Source: Erythrobacter sp.
GTDB taxonomy: Bacteria > Pseudomonadota > Alphaproteobacteria > Sphingomonadales > Sphingomonadaceae
DNA: 64,000 bases
NCBI GenBank assembly: GCA_044348875.1
Contig: JBIKSA010000005.1
Coordinates: 112 to 64,111, forward strand
Direction: 5' to 3'
Below are positions 41,429 to 51,931 of this stretch, piece by piece (the stretch's first letter is position 1; each line of letters opens with the position of its first letter). The notes below the pieces were generated by a model. The model saw nothing but the letters and a program-made list of their open reading frames with translations, ran no database searches and was not told the origin of the DNA. A program made the translations under genes and the position numbers.

Positions 41429-42582
41429 TCTGCGGCTACGGTGGCTTGTGCAGGGGCCGTGTGCGGATCGAAGGCGGTGGCTTCACCCGCCTCGATGGCA
41501 GCGGCCTTTTCTTCGACCAGCCGGACGATATGATCGAGCATCGCCTCGTCATCGATCGCGTGGGCCTTCATGCCCGACAGGTAGACCATGTGCTTGCCGT
41601 TGCCGCCGCCGGTCAGGCCGATATCGGTCTCGCGCGCTTCGCCGGGGCCGTTGACGACGCAGCCGAGCACCGACAGGCTCATCGGGGTCTTGATGTGTTC
41701 GAGCCGCTTTTCGAGCGTTTCCACCGTGCGGATCACATCGAAGCCCTGCCGCGAGCACGACGGGCATGACACCACCCGCACGCCGCGCGTGCGCAGGCCC
41801 AGGGCCTTGAGCATGTGGTAGCCGACCTTAATCTCTTCTTCGGGCTCAGCCGACAGGCTGACGCGGATTGTGTCACCGATCCCGGCCCACAGCAGGCTGC
41901 CCATGCCGATGCTCGATTTGACCGTACCGCCGATCAAGCCGCCTGCTTCCGTAATGCCCAAGTGCAGCGGGCAATCGACCGTTTCGGCAAGACCATGATA
42001 GGCCGCGACCGCGAGGAACACGTCGCTGGCCTTCACCGCCACCTTATATTCGTGGAAATCATGGTCCTGCAGCAGCTTGATGTGATCCAGCGCGCTTTCG
42101 ATCAGCGCTTCAGGGCAGGGCTCACCATACTTCTCCAGCAGATCTTTTTCCAACGACCCTGCGTTCACGCCGATACGGATTGCGCAGCCATTGGCCTTGG
42201 CGGCGCGCACCACTTCGGCGACGCGCTGCGCCGATCCGATATTGCCGGGGTTGATGCGCAGGCACGCGGCGCCAGCATCTGCCGCTTCCAGCGCGCGCTT
42301 GTAGTGGAAATGGATGTCGGCCACGATCGGAATACGGGCGTTGCGGGTGATTGTCTTGAAATCGCGGGTCGATTCCTCGGTCGGGCAGGACACGCGGATG
42401 ATGTCCGCGCCCACTTCCTCGCACCGCCGGATCTGGTCGAGCGTGGCGCGCACGTCTTCTGTCGGGGTGTTGGTCATGGTTTGCACGGTGATGGGAGCAT
42501 CACCGCCAACGGGGACATTCCCCACCATGATCTGGCGCGATTTGCGCCGTTCGATCGTGCGCCACGGACGAATGGAAGACAT
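41425..42582 (-). CDS. ispG: (E)-4-hydroxy-3-methylbut-2-enyl-diphosphate synthase
   Basis: [59 protein letters not shown]; true start 42582. Confidence 0.98.
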   Translation of the reverse strand: MSSIRPWRTIERRKSRQIMVGNVPVGGDAPITVQTMTNTPTEDVRATLDQIRRCEEVGADIIRVSCPTEESTRDFKTITRNARIPIVADIHFHYKRALEAADAGAACLRINPGNIGSAQRVAEVVRAAKANGCAIRIGVNAGSLEKDLLEKYGEPCPEALIESALDHIKLLQDHDFHEYKVAVKASDVFLAVAAYHGLAETVDCPLHLGITEAGGLIGGTVKSSIGMGSLLWAGIGDTIRVSLSAEPEEEIKVGYHMLKALGLRTRGVRVVSCPSCSRQGFDVIRTVETLEKRLEHIKTPMSLSVLGCVVNGPGEARETDIGLTGGGNGKHMVYLSGMKAHAIDDEAMLDHIVRLVEEKAAAIEAGEATAFDPHTAPAQATVAAE

Positions 42583-42678
42583 AGGCCCGCCTATAGTCGG
42601 CAAAGCGTTTCGGGGCAATGACCAGTCGTCGCGCTTGACTTGCCTTTGCTGCGCGGCACTCTGCGACCCTGAAGGGGA

Positions 42679-43623
42679 ATGACCATGTTGAACCAAACCG
42701 CCATCGAACTGCGCAGCCCTGCGCCGAGCCTGTTGATGCGGGCAATCAAGTTCATGATCGCGCGGGGGAAGCCGGTCTTTCCCCATGACGAAGCAGGCTT
42801 CCACAAGGCAATGGCGGGGCGCCATCTGCCTTCCGATGCGCCAATGCCGGACAGCTTCCGCAAGCGTTTCAACGTCGAGGAGCGCGAAGTGCTGGGTTCG
42901 CGGGTGGTGACGTTGCACCCCAAGGCCGGGCCGGGGGTGTGGCATATGCTCTACTTCCACGGCGGCGGCTTTGTGCAACCGATGTTCAAGGTGCACTGGC
43001 CACTGGTTGCCGAGATGGTGAAAAAGTGCGGGATCAGCGTGACCGTGCCGCTTTACCCCGTCGTGCCGGAGACGCCTTGCTCCGCGCAGGATGCGCTGGC
43101 CGATGCGGTCTATGCCAGTCTTGCTGCGAGCCATGATCCGGCGCGGATCATCCTTAACGGCGACAGCGCGGGCGCGCATATGGCGCTGGCGCTGGCGCTG
43201 CGACAGGTGCGGGACGGCGGTCCGCTGCCGGGCAAGCTCGCGTTGTTTGCGCCGTGGCTGGATCTGGGGCTGGCCGATCCGGCAATTGCCGTGGTCGAAC
43301 CGCATGACGTGATGCTCAAGATCGGCACGCTGCGCGCCTGCGGCGGCATGGTTGCGGCGGGGCGCGCGCTGGATGATCCCGCCGTGAGCCCGCTTTACGC
43401 CTCACCCGAAGCGCTGGCCCAGCTGCCGCCGACCCGCATCTGGACGGGACGGCACGACCTGTTCATCGTTGATTCGCGGACCTTCGTCGGCAGGCTTCGC
43501 GCTGCCGGGGTGGACGCCAAGCTTTACGAATACGAAGCCGCGCCGCACGTCTTCATGGCGATTACGCCCACGCGCGAGGCGAAGGACGTGACCGGGTTGC
43601 TGCGCGATTTCCTTGCCAGTTAG
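42679..43623 (+). CDS. Alpha/beta hydrolase (HSL-family esterase)
   Basis: YFHGGGF, GDSAG, APHVF. Confidence 0.92.
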   Translation: MTMLNQTAIELRSPAPSLLMRAIKFMIARGKPVFPHDEAGFHKAMAGRHLPSDAPMPDSFRKRFNVEEREVLGSRVVTLHPKAGPGVWHMLYFHGGGFVQPMFKVHWPLVAEMVKKCGISVTVPLYPVVPETPCSAQDALADAVYASLAASHDPARIILNGDSAGAHMALALALRQVRDGGPLPGKLALFAPWLDLGLADPAIAVVEPHDVMLKIGTLRACGGMVAAGRALDDPAVSPLYASPEALAQLPPTRIWTGRHDLFIVDSRTFVGRLRAAGVDAKLYEYEAAPHVFMAITPTREAKDVTGLLRDFLAS

Positions 43624-44570
43624 GTCGGGAACTTCGCCCCGGTCAGCTCCTCGCTCAGTTTCCACAGCTGGTCAGCATAGCTGGAATTGAGCGCGTAGGA
43701 ACGAACGCCGGCGGAGGTGGACTGGTCGTCCACCTCCGCCACGTGGCAGTCCTCGCAATAGACCCCGCCCCTGCCTTCCAGATCCTCGGCGGTTGCTGCC
43801 CAGCAGCTGGTCGCAGCGCCTTGCGGGATGGTTTTCCAGGCAAAGTTCGTGTGGCGCGCGCTGAGCTGCGCCATCAACGCATCGCGCATGTCCTGCGTCA
43901 TGTGGCGGCCGAGATTCGTCTCGATTCCGCCCGGATGCACCGCGTAGGCGTGGATGCCAAGCACCGCGAAGCGCTGCTCCAGCCCGATCGTGAACAGCAC
44001 ATTCGCGGTCTTCGACTGGCCGTAGCTGACCCAGGGCTCATAGGTGCGCTGCTGGAAATGGGGGTCGTCGAAATCCACGGGCGCGAAGTGGTGTCCGCGG
44101 CTGGACAGGTTGACGATCCGCTTGGCGCTGCCACGCTCAATCAGGGGCATCAGTTCGGCGGTCAGCGCGAAGTGACCGAGGTGATTGGTGCCGAATTGCA
44201 TTTCGAACCCGTCATTCGTGTGGGTGAACGGGCAGGCCATCACCCCTGCATTGTTGATCAGCAGATCGATCTTCTCGAACCGCTGGCGCGCGCGCGATGT
44301 TGCGGCGCGGATGCTTTCAAGCGAGCCGAGATCGAGCGTGATGGTATCGAGCTGCGCGTCAGCTACGCTGGCCCGGATTGCCGCGGCCGCTTCGTCCAGC
44401 TTGCCCTGATCGCGCCCCGCCATCACGATATGTGCGCCCCGCGCCGCCATGGCACGGGCGGTTTCCTGCCCCAGCCCCGAATTCGCGCCGGTGATGAACG
44501 CGGTCTTGCCCGAAAGGCTGATGCCGTCCAGCACCTCGTCCGTGGTGCTTGCCCAGCCGAATGCGCTCAT
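43620..44570 (-). CDS. SDR family oxidoreductase (retinol dehydrogenase-like)
   Basis: TGANSGLG, LINNAGVM, GTNHLGHF, YGQSKTAN. Confidence 0.93.
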   Translation of the reverse strand: MSAFGWASTTDEVLDGISLSGKTAFITGANSGLGQETARAMAARGAHIVMAGRDQGKLDEAAAAIRASVADAQLDTITLDLGSLESIRAATSRARQRFEKIDLLINNAGVMACPFTHTNDGFEMQFGTNHLGHFALTAELMPLIERGSAKRIVNLSSRGHHFAPVDFDDPHFQQRTYEPWVSYGQSKTANVLFTIGLEQRFAVLGIHAYAVHPGGIETNLGRHMTQDMRDALMAQLSARHTNFAWKTIPQGAATSCWAATAEDLEGRGGVYCEDCHVAEVDDQSTSAGVRSYALNSSYADQLWKLSEELTGAKFPT

Positions 44571-44586
44571 TATCGTTCTCCCGTGC

Positions 44587-45099
44587 CTATAGCTTCAGCT
44601 CATATAGGAATTCCGGATCGAGATGTTCCCCAACCCGAAAGGTGATGTCGGCGATTTTGCCAAAGCCATGCCGCTGGTAGAAACGCTGCGCTCCGAAGTT
44701 TTCGGCATAGACCGATAGCAGGATGGCATCATGCCCCCCGTCGCGCGCGGTGCCCAGCGCCCAATTCATCAGTATCGCGCCGACGCCTGCGCCGGTGTAA
44801 CCAGGCAGCGCATATAGCTGGCCAAGCTCGATCGGATTGCGCGCGTCGGAATGCTCCACGAACTTGGTCGGGTAACGCAGTTTGCAAAAGGCGACCAGCG
44901 CGCCGTCCTTCTCGACAAGGCGGTGAGTGCATTCGTCACCGGCGATTTCCGCAGCGACGGCGGTTACGTTGTGTACCTCGGCAAGGAAGGCGGCGAGGTC
45001 TTCGGGCGTGTAAAGATGTCCGAAGGCGGCGACGAAGGTGTCCGCGCCAAGCTTCGCAAGCGTGGGGGCATCGGCGGGGGTCGCAGGGCGGTAGATCAT
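44587..45099 (-). CDS. GNAT family N-acetyltransferase
   Basis: ELGQLYALPGYTGAGVG, LSVYAENFGAQRFYQRHGF. Confidence 0.9.
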   Translation of the reverse strand: MIYRPATPADAPTLAKLGADTFVAAFGHLYTPEDLAAFLAEVHNVTAVAAEIAGDECTHRLVEKDGALVAFCKLRYPTKFVEHSDARNPIELGQLYALPGYTGAGVGAILMNWALGTARDGGHDAILLSVYAENFGAQRFYQRHGFGKIADITFRVGEHLDPEFLYELKL

Positions 45100-45174
45100 G
45101 TTGGACGCCCTAACGCGCGCAGGCCGTGCTGTTAAGCTGGTGAAACACGCAGGGCCGCGTTACACCCTGCGCCC

Positions 45175-46245
45175 ATGAAGAAAATCGTCACGCTGATCGC
45201 GCTCGCCCTCATGTCCCAGCCTGCCATCGCGCAGGACGCCGCAGCGCCCAAGTGGTCGCTGGCGATTCACGGCGGGGCAGGGACGCTCAGCCGCAAGGCA
45301 ATGACACCGGAAAAAGAGGCTGAATACGAGGCGGCGCTGCAAACCGCTCTCGATGCGGGGTCGAAAATCCTGTCCGAGGGCGGGAGCGCGATGGAGGCGA
45401 TCAAGGCGGCGATCATCATCATGGAGGATTCGCCCCTGTTCAACGCTGGCAAGGGCGCGGTGTTCACGTGGGACGGGACGAATGAACTCGACGCTTCGAT
45501 CATGGACGGGCGCGATCGCAGCGCAGGCGCGATTGCGGGGGTGAAGACGGTCAAAAACCCGATCCTGCTGGCCGACACGGTGCGCACCGATAGCGAGCAC
45601 GTGATGCTGATGGGGGCGGGCGCGGAGGCCTTCGCGGTGGAAAAGGGCTTTGCCGTCACCCCGCCCGAATATTTCGCCACACCCGCGCGGCGCGAGGCGC
45701 TGGAGCGGATGAAGGCCAAGCAGCTTTCGGCGCTGGATGTCGATCACAAGTTCGGCACGGTGGGCGCGGTGGCGCTGGACCAGAGCGGGAATGTGGCGGC
45801 GGGCACCTCCACCGGCGGGATGACCGGCAAGCGCTGGGGCCGCGTGGGCGATGCGCCGCTAATTGGTGCGGGGACTTACGCGGATAATCGCGCGTGTGCT
45901 GTCTCGGCGACAGGGTGGGGCGAGTATTTCATCCGCGTCGGCGTGGCGCACGAGATTTGCGCAAGACTGCGCGCGACTGCCGAGGTGAAAGTCGCCATGG
46001 CGGACGACAAGGCCGCTGATCCCGGCGTGCGTACCGAGGAAGCGCAGTATATTGCCGACGCTGTCATGGCCGACGTCAAGTTACTCGGCGGGGATGGCGG
46101 GATTATCCTTGTCACGCCGCAAGGCGATGCGATTTTCAGCTTCAACACCACCGGCATGTATCGTGGACGGGCAAGCAGCGAAGGCACGCGCGAGGTCGCG
46201 ATTTTCGGGGGCGAGGAGAAGGCGTCAGCGACGCCGGATCATTGA
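45175..46245 (+). CDS. iaaA: Isoaspartyl peptidase/L-asparaginase
   Basis: LAIHGGAG, EDSPLFNAGKG, FGTVGAVALD (Thr nucleophile), GRVGDAPLIGAGTYA; signal peptide. Confidence 0.92.
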   Translation: MKKIVTLIALALMSQPAIAQDAAAPKWSLAIHGGAGTLSRKAMTPEKEAEYEAALQTALDAGSKILSEGGSAMEAIKAAIIIMEDSPLFNAGKGAVFTWDGTNELDASIMDGRDRSAGAIAGVKTVKNPILLADTVRTDSEHVMLMGAGAEAFAVEKGFAVTPPEYFATPARREALERMKAKQLSALDVDHKFGTVGAVALDQSGNVAAGTSTGGMTGKRWGRVGDAPLIGAGTYADNRACAVSATGWGEYFIRVGVAHEICARLRATAEVKVAMADDKAADPGVRTEEAQYIADAVMADVKLLGGDGGIILVTPQGDAIFSFNTTGMYRGRASSEGTREVAIFGGEEKASATPDH

Positions 46246-46277
46246 CACACGCCGAGCGATCCCATGCTCCGTCCCGT

Positions 46278-46312
46278 TGGGTGGCTGCGGCCAAACCTGA
46301 CCGCAGCCAGTC
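46278..46312. terminator. Hairpin between convergent genes
   Basis: TGGCTGCGG...CCGCAGCCA 9-bp stem; no clear U-tail; boundaries approximate. Confidence 0.4.
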
Positions 46313-46317
46313 CTTCG

Positions 46318-46551
46318 TCAGTTCACTTCTTTCCAGCCGCCGGGAAAATCTGGCGGTCCCTTGATCTCTTTCGACGGGGGCAGGCGCCGCTCGCGCTCCC
46401 ATGCGTCGCAAAAGGCGATGATCTGCGCATCGGTCATGCCGCTGTCACCCAGATAGAAAGGACACACCGGGGGGGCGGACGCGCTCACGGAAGGGGCGAT
46501 TGCCGCGGCACCGAGCGGTACCAAGCCCAGTATCAAGATTTTACGAAGCAT
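46318..46551 (-). CDS. Small secreted protein (77 aa) with two Cys
   Basis: AGAGGAG RBS, signal peptide MLRKILILGLVPLGAAAIAPSVSA, mature part with C-x17-C. Confidence 0.65.
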   Translation of the reverse strand: MLRKILILGLVPLGAAAIAPSVSASAPPVCPFYLGDSGMTDAQIIAFCDAWERERRLPPSKEIKGPPDFPGGWKEVN

Positions 46552-46658
46552 CTGAGTCTCCTCTTTTTCCCATCCTCGGCAATGCTATGGATGGCGGCAA
46601 GAAGCGTCAAGGAAATAACGATATCAAGTATTTGAATATTAGACACTTTATGGGAAAA

Positions 46659-47591
46659 TCAGTAGATTTTCCCCACCAGCGGTAGCCCGCGCTCGGGCTC
46701 GGCGAATTCCTTGATGATCCGACCAACCCTTGAAAGCGCCAACTCGGCGCGGGCCTGCATGGTATCGACGGGGCCGCGGGCGCGGAAATAGCAGGCGAAG
46801 GTGATCGGCGGCTGGCCCTTCGGCCCTTCGGTAAAGCCGATGTCGATGAAGTTGCTTTCGCTGCCAACCAGCCCACTGGTGCCGGTCTTGTCGCCCGCCA
46901 CCCAACCTTCAGGCAGACCCGCCCGCACCCGGCGCAGGCCCGTTTCGGTGGCGATCATCCAGCTTTTTAGCTCGGCCCGCTCGGCCTCCGGCAGCACATC
47001 GCCATAGACAATCTTGGCCACAGTGCGTGCCATCGCTGCCGGCGTGCTCGTGTCGCGGAATTCGGTCGGCGGGACGATGTTCATTTCCGGCTCGTAACGA
47101 TCAACCCGGCTGACCGGATCGCCGATGGAGCGCCAGAAGGCGGTCAGCCCGGCCGGTCCGCCCAGCGCCCGCAGCAGGATATTGGCCGCCGGATTGTCGG
47201 ACGTCACCTGCGTCGCCCGCGCCAGTTCGCGCAAGGTCGCGCCGCTCGCCAGCCGTTCCCGCGTGAAGGGGGCGTATTCGAGCATATCGGCCTCGGTCCA
47301 CGTCACCCGCCGGTCGGCATCGATCAGGCCCGCCGCATGGCGTTGCAGCAGCAGCGCCGCGAGCGAGAATTTGAACGACGACGCATGGCCGAAGCGCCGG
47401 TCACGGTTGATCCCCACGGCCATGCCGGTGGCCGTGTTGTAGAGCTCAACGCCCAGCGTTCCGTCACCCACCGCTTCGATAATGCGCAGCTCTGCCGCCA
47501 GCCTTCCGATCGGGCTCTGGTCAGGCGGGATGCAGGCAGAAGCTCCCAAGGCCAGCGAGCCACCGATGAAAAACCGCCGATCAATGTTCAT
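46659..47591 (-). CDS. bla: Class A beta-lactamase-family serine hydrolase, Tat lipoprotein
   Basis: SSFK (SxxK), SDN, RYEPEMN (E166/N170), DKTG; RRFF and LGASAC. Confidence 0.9.
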   Translation of the reverse strand: MNIDRRFFIGGSLALGASACIPPDQSPIGRLAAELRIIEAVGDGTLGVELYNTATGMAVGINRDRRFGHASSFKFSLAALLLQRHAAGLIDADRRVTWTEADMLEYAPFTRERLASGATLRELARATQVTSDNPAANILLRALGGPAGLTAFWRSIGDPVSRVDRYEPEMNIVPPTEFRDTSTPAAMARTVAKIVYGDVLPEAERAELKSWMIATETGLRRVRAGLPEGWVAGDKTGTSGLVGSESNFIDIGFTEGPKGQPPITFACYFRARGPVDTMQARAELALSRVGRIIKEFAEPERGLPLVGKIY

Positions 47592-48523
47592 GAAAACTTG
47601 TCCGCCTTGCGTTTGCCGAACCGCATGTCGGCCTCTAGTCTGGCCCGCAATTGCGCATAGAATGCTTCGAGAAAAGCCCTTTCGTCGCCCGCGCCCGGCT
47701 CCCAGCCGATCTTGCGGCAGATCGCCTTATGCGTGGCGGCGAGAGCTTCCGCGGGGGAATCCCGCAGCACCCGCTCCAGCGTCTGCAATTCCTTCTCGCC
47801 ATAGACCGAAAGTTCCGCCTCACCAAAGGCATAGCGCACGCCGGTCACATTGCTCGCCCCAGCAGCGGCGCCTTGCACGGACAAGACGGAGGCAAGCTGT
47901 GCTTTGGGCCGTTCGACCACCCAGGTTCCGGCGACAATGTCGCCAGCACGCAAGGCATCGCGGTTGAAGAAGGGGAACAGCAGGAACAGCGCGAACCAAA
48001 TGGTCAAAATCGCGCTGAGAATGCCAATCTCCTGCCCCTGCTGCGCCATGATTGTTAGCGTAATCAGAGCCACAATCGGATAGAAAATTTCGATATCCCG
48101 GAGCAGGTTGCGGGCGATCACCGCTTCGGGGGTGAGCCGCGCGCCGCGCCGTGCGGCGATGCGGATGCCGACCATCCGCTTGCCCAGCGTCGCACCGCGC
48201 GGCCCCAGTTCCTGCACCAGAAAATACCCGTACCAGGTGCAAAACACGAACAGGGCCATGACAATGCCGAGGAATTCGAGCGCACCGCCCGACATTCCGG
48301 CAGGATCCAGCGCGGTGCCGTCCAGCAATCCGCCCGCCACCCACACCACCAGCAGTTGAAATATGACGAGGCTGAAGACGACAATCATCACGTCGATCAT
48401 CAGCGCGGCCGCGCGGGGTGCGCGCGCGGCAAGGACAAGCGGCAAGACCAGACCTTCGGGCGTGACTAGCGTCCGCGCGCGCTTGTCGGCGGGACGTGCA
48501 AGAGTGGTTTTGCGCGCGTTCAT
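47588..48523 (-). CDS. RDD family protein
   Basis: LVTPEG, RAAALMID, GATLGKRMVGIRI, RAGDIVAGTWVV. Confidence 0.92.
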   Translation of the reverse strand: MNARKTTLARPADKRARTLVTPEGLVLPLVLAARAPRAAALMIDVMIVVFSLVIFQLLVVWVAGGLLDGTALDPAGMSGGALEFLGIVMALFVFCTWYGYFLVQELGPRGATLGKRMVGIRIAARRGARLTPEAVIARNLLRDIEIFYPIVALITLTIMAQQGQEIGILSAILTIWFALFLLFPFFNRDALRAGDIVAGTWVVERPKAQLASVLSVQGAAAGASNVTGVRYAFGEAELSVYGEKELQTLERVLRDSPAEALAATHKAICRKIGWEPGAGDERAFLEAFYAQLRARLEADMRFGKRKADKFS

Positions 48524-49590
48524 CCCCCGTCCTCCAGCCCTTGCGGGGCAGGGCGATAGAGGCAGAAATAGGCGAGCCAGAAGGTCAGCATTGTCCCGCC
48601 GATCACAAAGCGGCTGCCCGTATCCTCAACCAATTGGCGCGGAAACGCTTCGAGCAGGGCTGCGACCACCATCATGATGACCACGCCAACCATCACCACT
48701 GCCGCGCGCCGTCCGGCAGCCGCGGCGGCATCCAGCACCGCTGCCGGTCCGGGAAAGGCCATCGCCCTCCCGATATGCAGGCCCGCCGCGCCCGACAGCA
48801 GAATGCCGAATAATTCGGTGGTGCCGTGAACGCTCAACCACGCGGCCAGCTCCACCACCAGACCCTGCCCGTCAAACAGCCACAGCATCGCGCCGAGCAA
48901 AGCCATGTTGTGCACCAGCAGCAACAGCGACGGGATGCCGAACGCAAAGCCTAGCGCGAAGGCAAGGATGCACACCGCGGAGTTGTTGCTGAACAGCTGC
49001 GCGGCAAACCCGGCAAGACCCGCCGCGCCTTCATCATGGGCGAGGCTTCGCAGCAATTGTTCGCGGCTGGCCCCCGGCACGCGCGCTTCGCCGATGCCCG
49101 CCGGGAACAGCCTGTAATACCACGCCTCGTCCTCAGCAACGAGCAGCCAGCCAACGATCGTCCCGGCCACCATCACAAACAGCGCGATGCATATATCCAG
49201 CCACAAGGCCCGCACAGCCCGGCTCCACCCGCCGAGGAAAAACCCGCGTAGCCAGCGCACAAACCCGTAGCGCGGGCCATAGACCTGAAACCACGCGCGC
49301 TGCACCAGCGCTTCAAGATAGGCGAGGGTGGCCGCGTCCAGCGACGTTTCCCTCGCCACCGACAGGCTGGATGCAGCGGTGCGATACAGCGCGGGGAGCG
49401 CGATCAGATCGTCATCAGCAATCCGCCGCAGGCCGCCGCGCTCCATGCGGGCGACAATCGCCTCAAGTCGGCGCCAATCGCCTTCCCGCTCAAGCCGGAA
49501 GCGGTCGGACCGCAGTGCTGCGCTTTCGATATCGGGCGGCGCGGCCACGGCCCCGCGCCCGAACCATGAGGAGATGACCGGCGCCTTCAC
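48520..49590 (-). CDS. Stage II sporulation protein M family membrane protein
   Basis: LYRTAASSLSVAR, FSNNSAV, HGTTEL, VAALLEAF; GTG start at 49590 overlapping the DUF58 stop (GTGA). Confidence 0.88.
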   Translation of the reverse strand: MKAPVISSWFGRGAVAAPPDIESAALRSDRFRLEREGDWRRLEAIVARMERGGLRRIADDDLIALPALYRTAASSLSVARETSLDAATLAYLEALVQRAWFQVYGPRYGFVRWLRGFFLGGWSRAVRALWLDICIALFVMVAGTIVGWLLVAEDEAWYYRLFPAGIGEARVPGASREQLLRSLAHDEGAAGLAGFAAQLFSNNSAVCILAFALGFAFGIPSLLLLVHNMALLGAMLWLFDGQGLVVELAAWLSVHGTTELFGILLSGAAGLHIGRAMAFPGPAAVLDAAAAAGRRAAVVMVGVVIMMVVAALLEAFPRQLVEDTGSRFVIGGTMLTFWLAYFCLYRPAPQGLEDGG

Positions 49591-50963
49591 CCTATCGCCT
49601 CGCTGCTTCGGATCGCCAGATAGCGGTCGATCAGGCGCGGGCCGATCATGTCCCACGGCGCTTCGACCACATCGATCCCCAGACGTCGCAGGCGGGTCAG
49701 CACCAGTTTGCGCTGCTGGGCGAGGCTGTCGGCCGTGACGGCGCGGGCAAGGGCCGCCATGTCGCCCGGCCGGACGGCGATCAGGTCTTCCACCTCGCTG
49801 TCGGCCATGGTGACAAACAGCACCAGATGCTTGCTCACCAGTCGGCCGAGGCTTTCGACCATCAGTTCTGCCGCTGTGGGATCGGTGAAATCGGAGAACA
49901 CCACCACCAGTGAACGGCGTTTCAGCTTTGCTGCCAGGGTGGCGAGCGCGAGGGTAAAGTTCGGTTCCACCGGCTCGTAATCCAGGCCTGCGGCGGCGCT
50001 TTGCAGGCGGTGGAAGGCGCGGGCATCGCCGATGAAAGGGGTCATGATCTGCGGCCGCCGGGCAAAGCCGAACAGCGCGACCTTGTCCCCGCCCTTTAGC
50101 GCGACATAGCCACAGGTCAGCGCGGCGGAGACCGCGCGGTCGATGCGCGGCAGGCCATCCACCGGCTCGCACATCGCCTGCCCGCAATCCAGGGCGAAGA
50201 CGATCTGGTTGTTGCGCTCGCTTTCGTTTTCGCGGGCGAACAGGCGGGTGTGGCGCGCGCTGGCCTTCCAGTCGATGCGGCGGCGGTCCATGCCGGGTTC
50301 GTATTCCGACAGAGCCTCGAACTGCGTGCCCTCGCCCCGGATGCGGCGGGCGATGAGGCCCAATTGCGCATTGCGCAGGAAGGTCTGCAAATCGGGAGAA
50401 CGCACGGGCGACAGATCGGGCCAGATGCGCACAGGCTTATTGAGCGGATAGTCGACCTGCCGCGCGCCAAGGCCCAGCGGCCCTACCCAGCGCATCCACG
50501 CACGCTCGACCGTGGCGGTGCCGCGCCGCGAGGGGGTGAGCGTCGTCTCGCCCTGCCAGTCTGGGCCATGCGGATCGGGGGCGAGCGCAAAGGTCACGCG
50601 GCCCTCTGGCGCAAGGCGCGAATCGCAGGCGAGCGCAGCCTCGACCTGCGAAGGCACCCGGCCCGCAAAACGCGCGGTGATCGCGAGCATGCTCGGCTGG
50701 CCGACCTCGATATCCTCGCTGGTGCGGATTTCCCAAGCCGCCAGCTTGCCCGTCGTGACCGCATCCAGCGCGATCAGCAGCAGCAGCGCCGCCCCCATCA
50801 GCGGCGCGGCAACCCATGCGCCGGGCGCTGCGGCGGCGATCACCACCGCGACCGGGGCAAGCGCCGCCGCGATCCATGCCGCACGCTCCGTCGGCGCGAC
50901 GATCAGCAGCGGCCGCAGTGGTCGCAGCAGCGTCTCGAGGACAAGGCGCAGGACGCGGATCAC
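49587..50963 (-). CDS. DUF58 domain protein (vWA-like)
   Basis: GEGTQFEALSEYEPGMDRRRIDWKASAR, ALDCGQAM, VVFSDF; GTG start at 50963 likely. Confidence 0.9.
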   Translation of the reverse strand: MIRVLRLVLETLLRPLRPLLIVAPTERAAWIAAALAPVAVVIAAAAPGAWVAAPLMGAALLLLIALDAVTTGKLAAWEIRTSEDIEVGQPSMLAITARFAGRVPSQVEAALACDSRLAPEGRVTFALAPDPHGPDWQGETTLTPSRRGTATVERAWMRWVGPLGLGARQVDYPLNKPVRIWPDLSPVRSPDLQTFLRNAQLGLIARRIRGEGTQFEALSEYEPGMDRRRIDWKASARHTRLFARENESERNNQIVFALDCGQAMCEPVDGLPRIDRAVSAALTCGYVALKGGDKVALFGFARRPQIMTPFIGDARAFHRLQSAAAGLDYEPVEPNFTLALATLAAKLKRRSLVVVFSDFTDPTAAELMVESLGRLVSKHLVLFVTMADSEVEDLIAVRPGDMAALARAVTADSLAQQRKLVLTRLRRLGIDVVEAPWDMIGPRLIDRYLAIRSSEAIG

Positions 50964-50964
50964 C

Positions 50965-51927
50965 TTATCGGGGTGCCGCGGTCGCTTCGACCAGTTCGGC
51001 CACCAGCGCTTCCATATCGCGCCCCTCGATCTCGGCAGCGGGCGACAGGGTGAGGCGGTGGCGCAGCACCGGGACGGCCAGCGCCTTGACGTCATCGGGG
51101 ATCACATAGTCGCGGCCTTCCAAAGCGGCGCGGGCGCGGGCGGCCCCAGCCAGCAGCACGGCGGCGCGCGGCGATGCGCCGACGGTCAGTTCGGGGTGGT
51201 CCCGCGTCGCACGGATCAGGCGCACGACATAGTGGGTGATCTCGTCCGCTACGGTGACCTGCGCCAGCGCGCTGGTGGCAGCGCTGATCCCGGCAGCGTT
51301 GGTAACCGCCAGCACGCCCAGATCGACCGGGCGCTGCGGCCCCGAACGCTGGCCGAAGGTGGCAACGATCCGCGCCTCTTCGTCCTCAGCCGGGTAAGGC
51401 ACCAGCAGCTTGAACAGGAAGCGGTCAAGCTGCGCTTCGGGCAGCGGATAGACGCCCTGATTTTCGATCGGATTCTGGGTGGCGACGACCATGAAGCGTT
51501 CCGGCAGCTGGTGCGTCTCCCCGTCCAGCGTGACGCGGCGTTCCTGCATCGCTTCGAGCAGCGCGGCCTGCGTCTTGGGCGGGGTGCGGTTGATTTCGTC
51601 CGCCAGCAGCAGGTCGCAGAAGATCGGCCCGCGCGTGAGCGTGAACTGGCTGGTCTGGAAGTTGAACAGGTTCGATCCCAGAATGTCGCCCGGCAGCAGA
51701 TCGGGGGTGAACTGGATGCGCCCGAAATCGAGGCCCAGCGCGGTGGCAAAGCTTTGCGCGAGGAAGGTCTTGGCTGTACCCGGCGGGCCTTCCAGCAGCA
51801 CGTGGCCTTCTGACAGCATTGCCACCAGCAGCATATCGACCATCGCCTCCTGCCCGACAATCGCCTTGGCGATTTCGGCGCGGATGGCGTCAGCCAGACT
51901 GCGGACGTCGTCGAGTGTCATGGTCAT
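50965..51927 (-). CDS. MoxR family AAA+ ATPase
   Basis: [53 protein letters not shown]. Confidence 0.96.
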   Translation of the reverse strand: MTMTLDDVRSLADAIRAEIAKAIVGQEAMVDMLLVAMLSEGHVLLEGPPGTAKTFLAQSFATALGLDFGRIQFTPDLLPGDILGSNLFNFQTSQFTLTRGPIFCDLLLADEINRTPPKTQAALLEAMQERRVTLDGETHQLPERFMVVATQNPIENQGVYPLPEAQLDRFLFKLLVPYPAEDEEARIVATFGQRSGPQRPVDLGVLAVTNAAGISAATSALAQVTVADEITHYVVRLIRATRDHPELTVGASPRAAVLLAGAARARAALEGRDYVIPDDVKALAVPVLRHRLTLSPAAEIEGRDMEALVAELVEATAAPR

Positions 51928-51931
51928 CGGG

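Noticed and set aside
41425-43305. 626-aa ispG ORF suggesting an N-terminal fusion
   Set aside because: The extension is the antisense of the esterase gene; IspG homology starts at MSSIRPWR (42582). The same applies to the extended ahpF, glmM, SpoIIM, DMT and LOG ORFs
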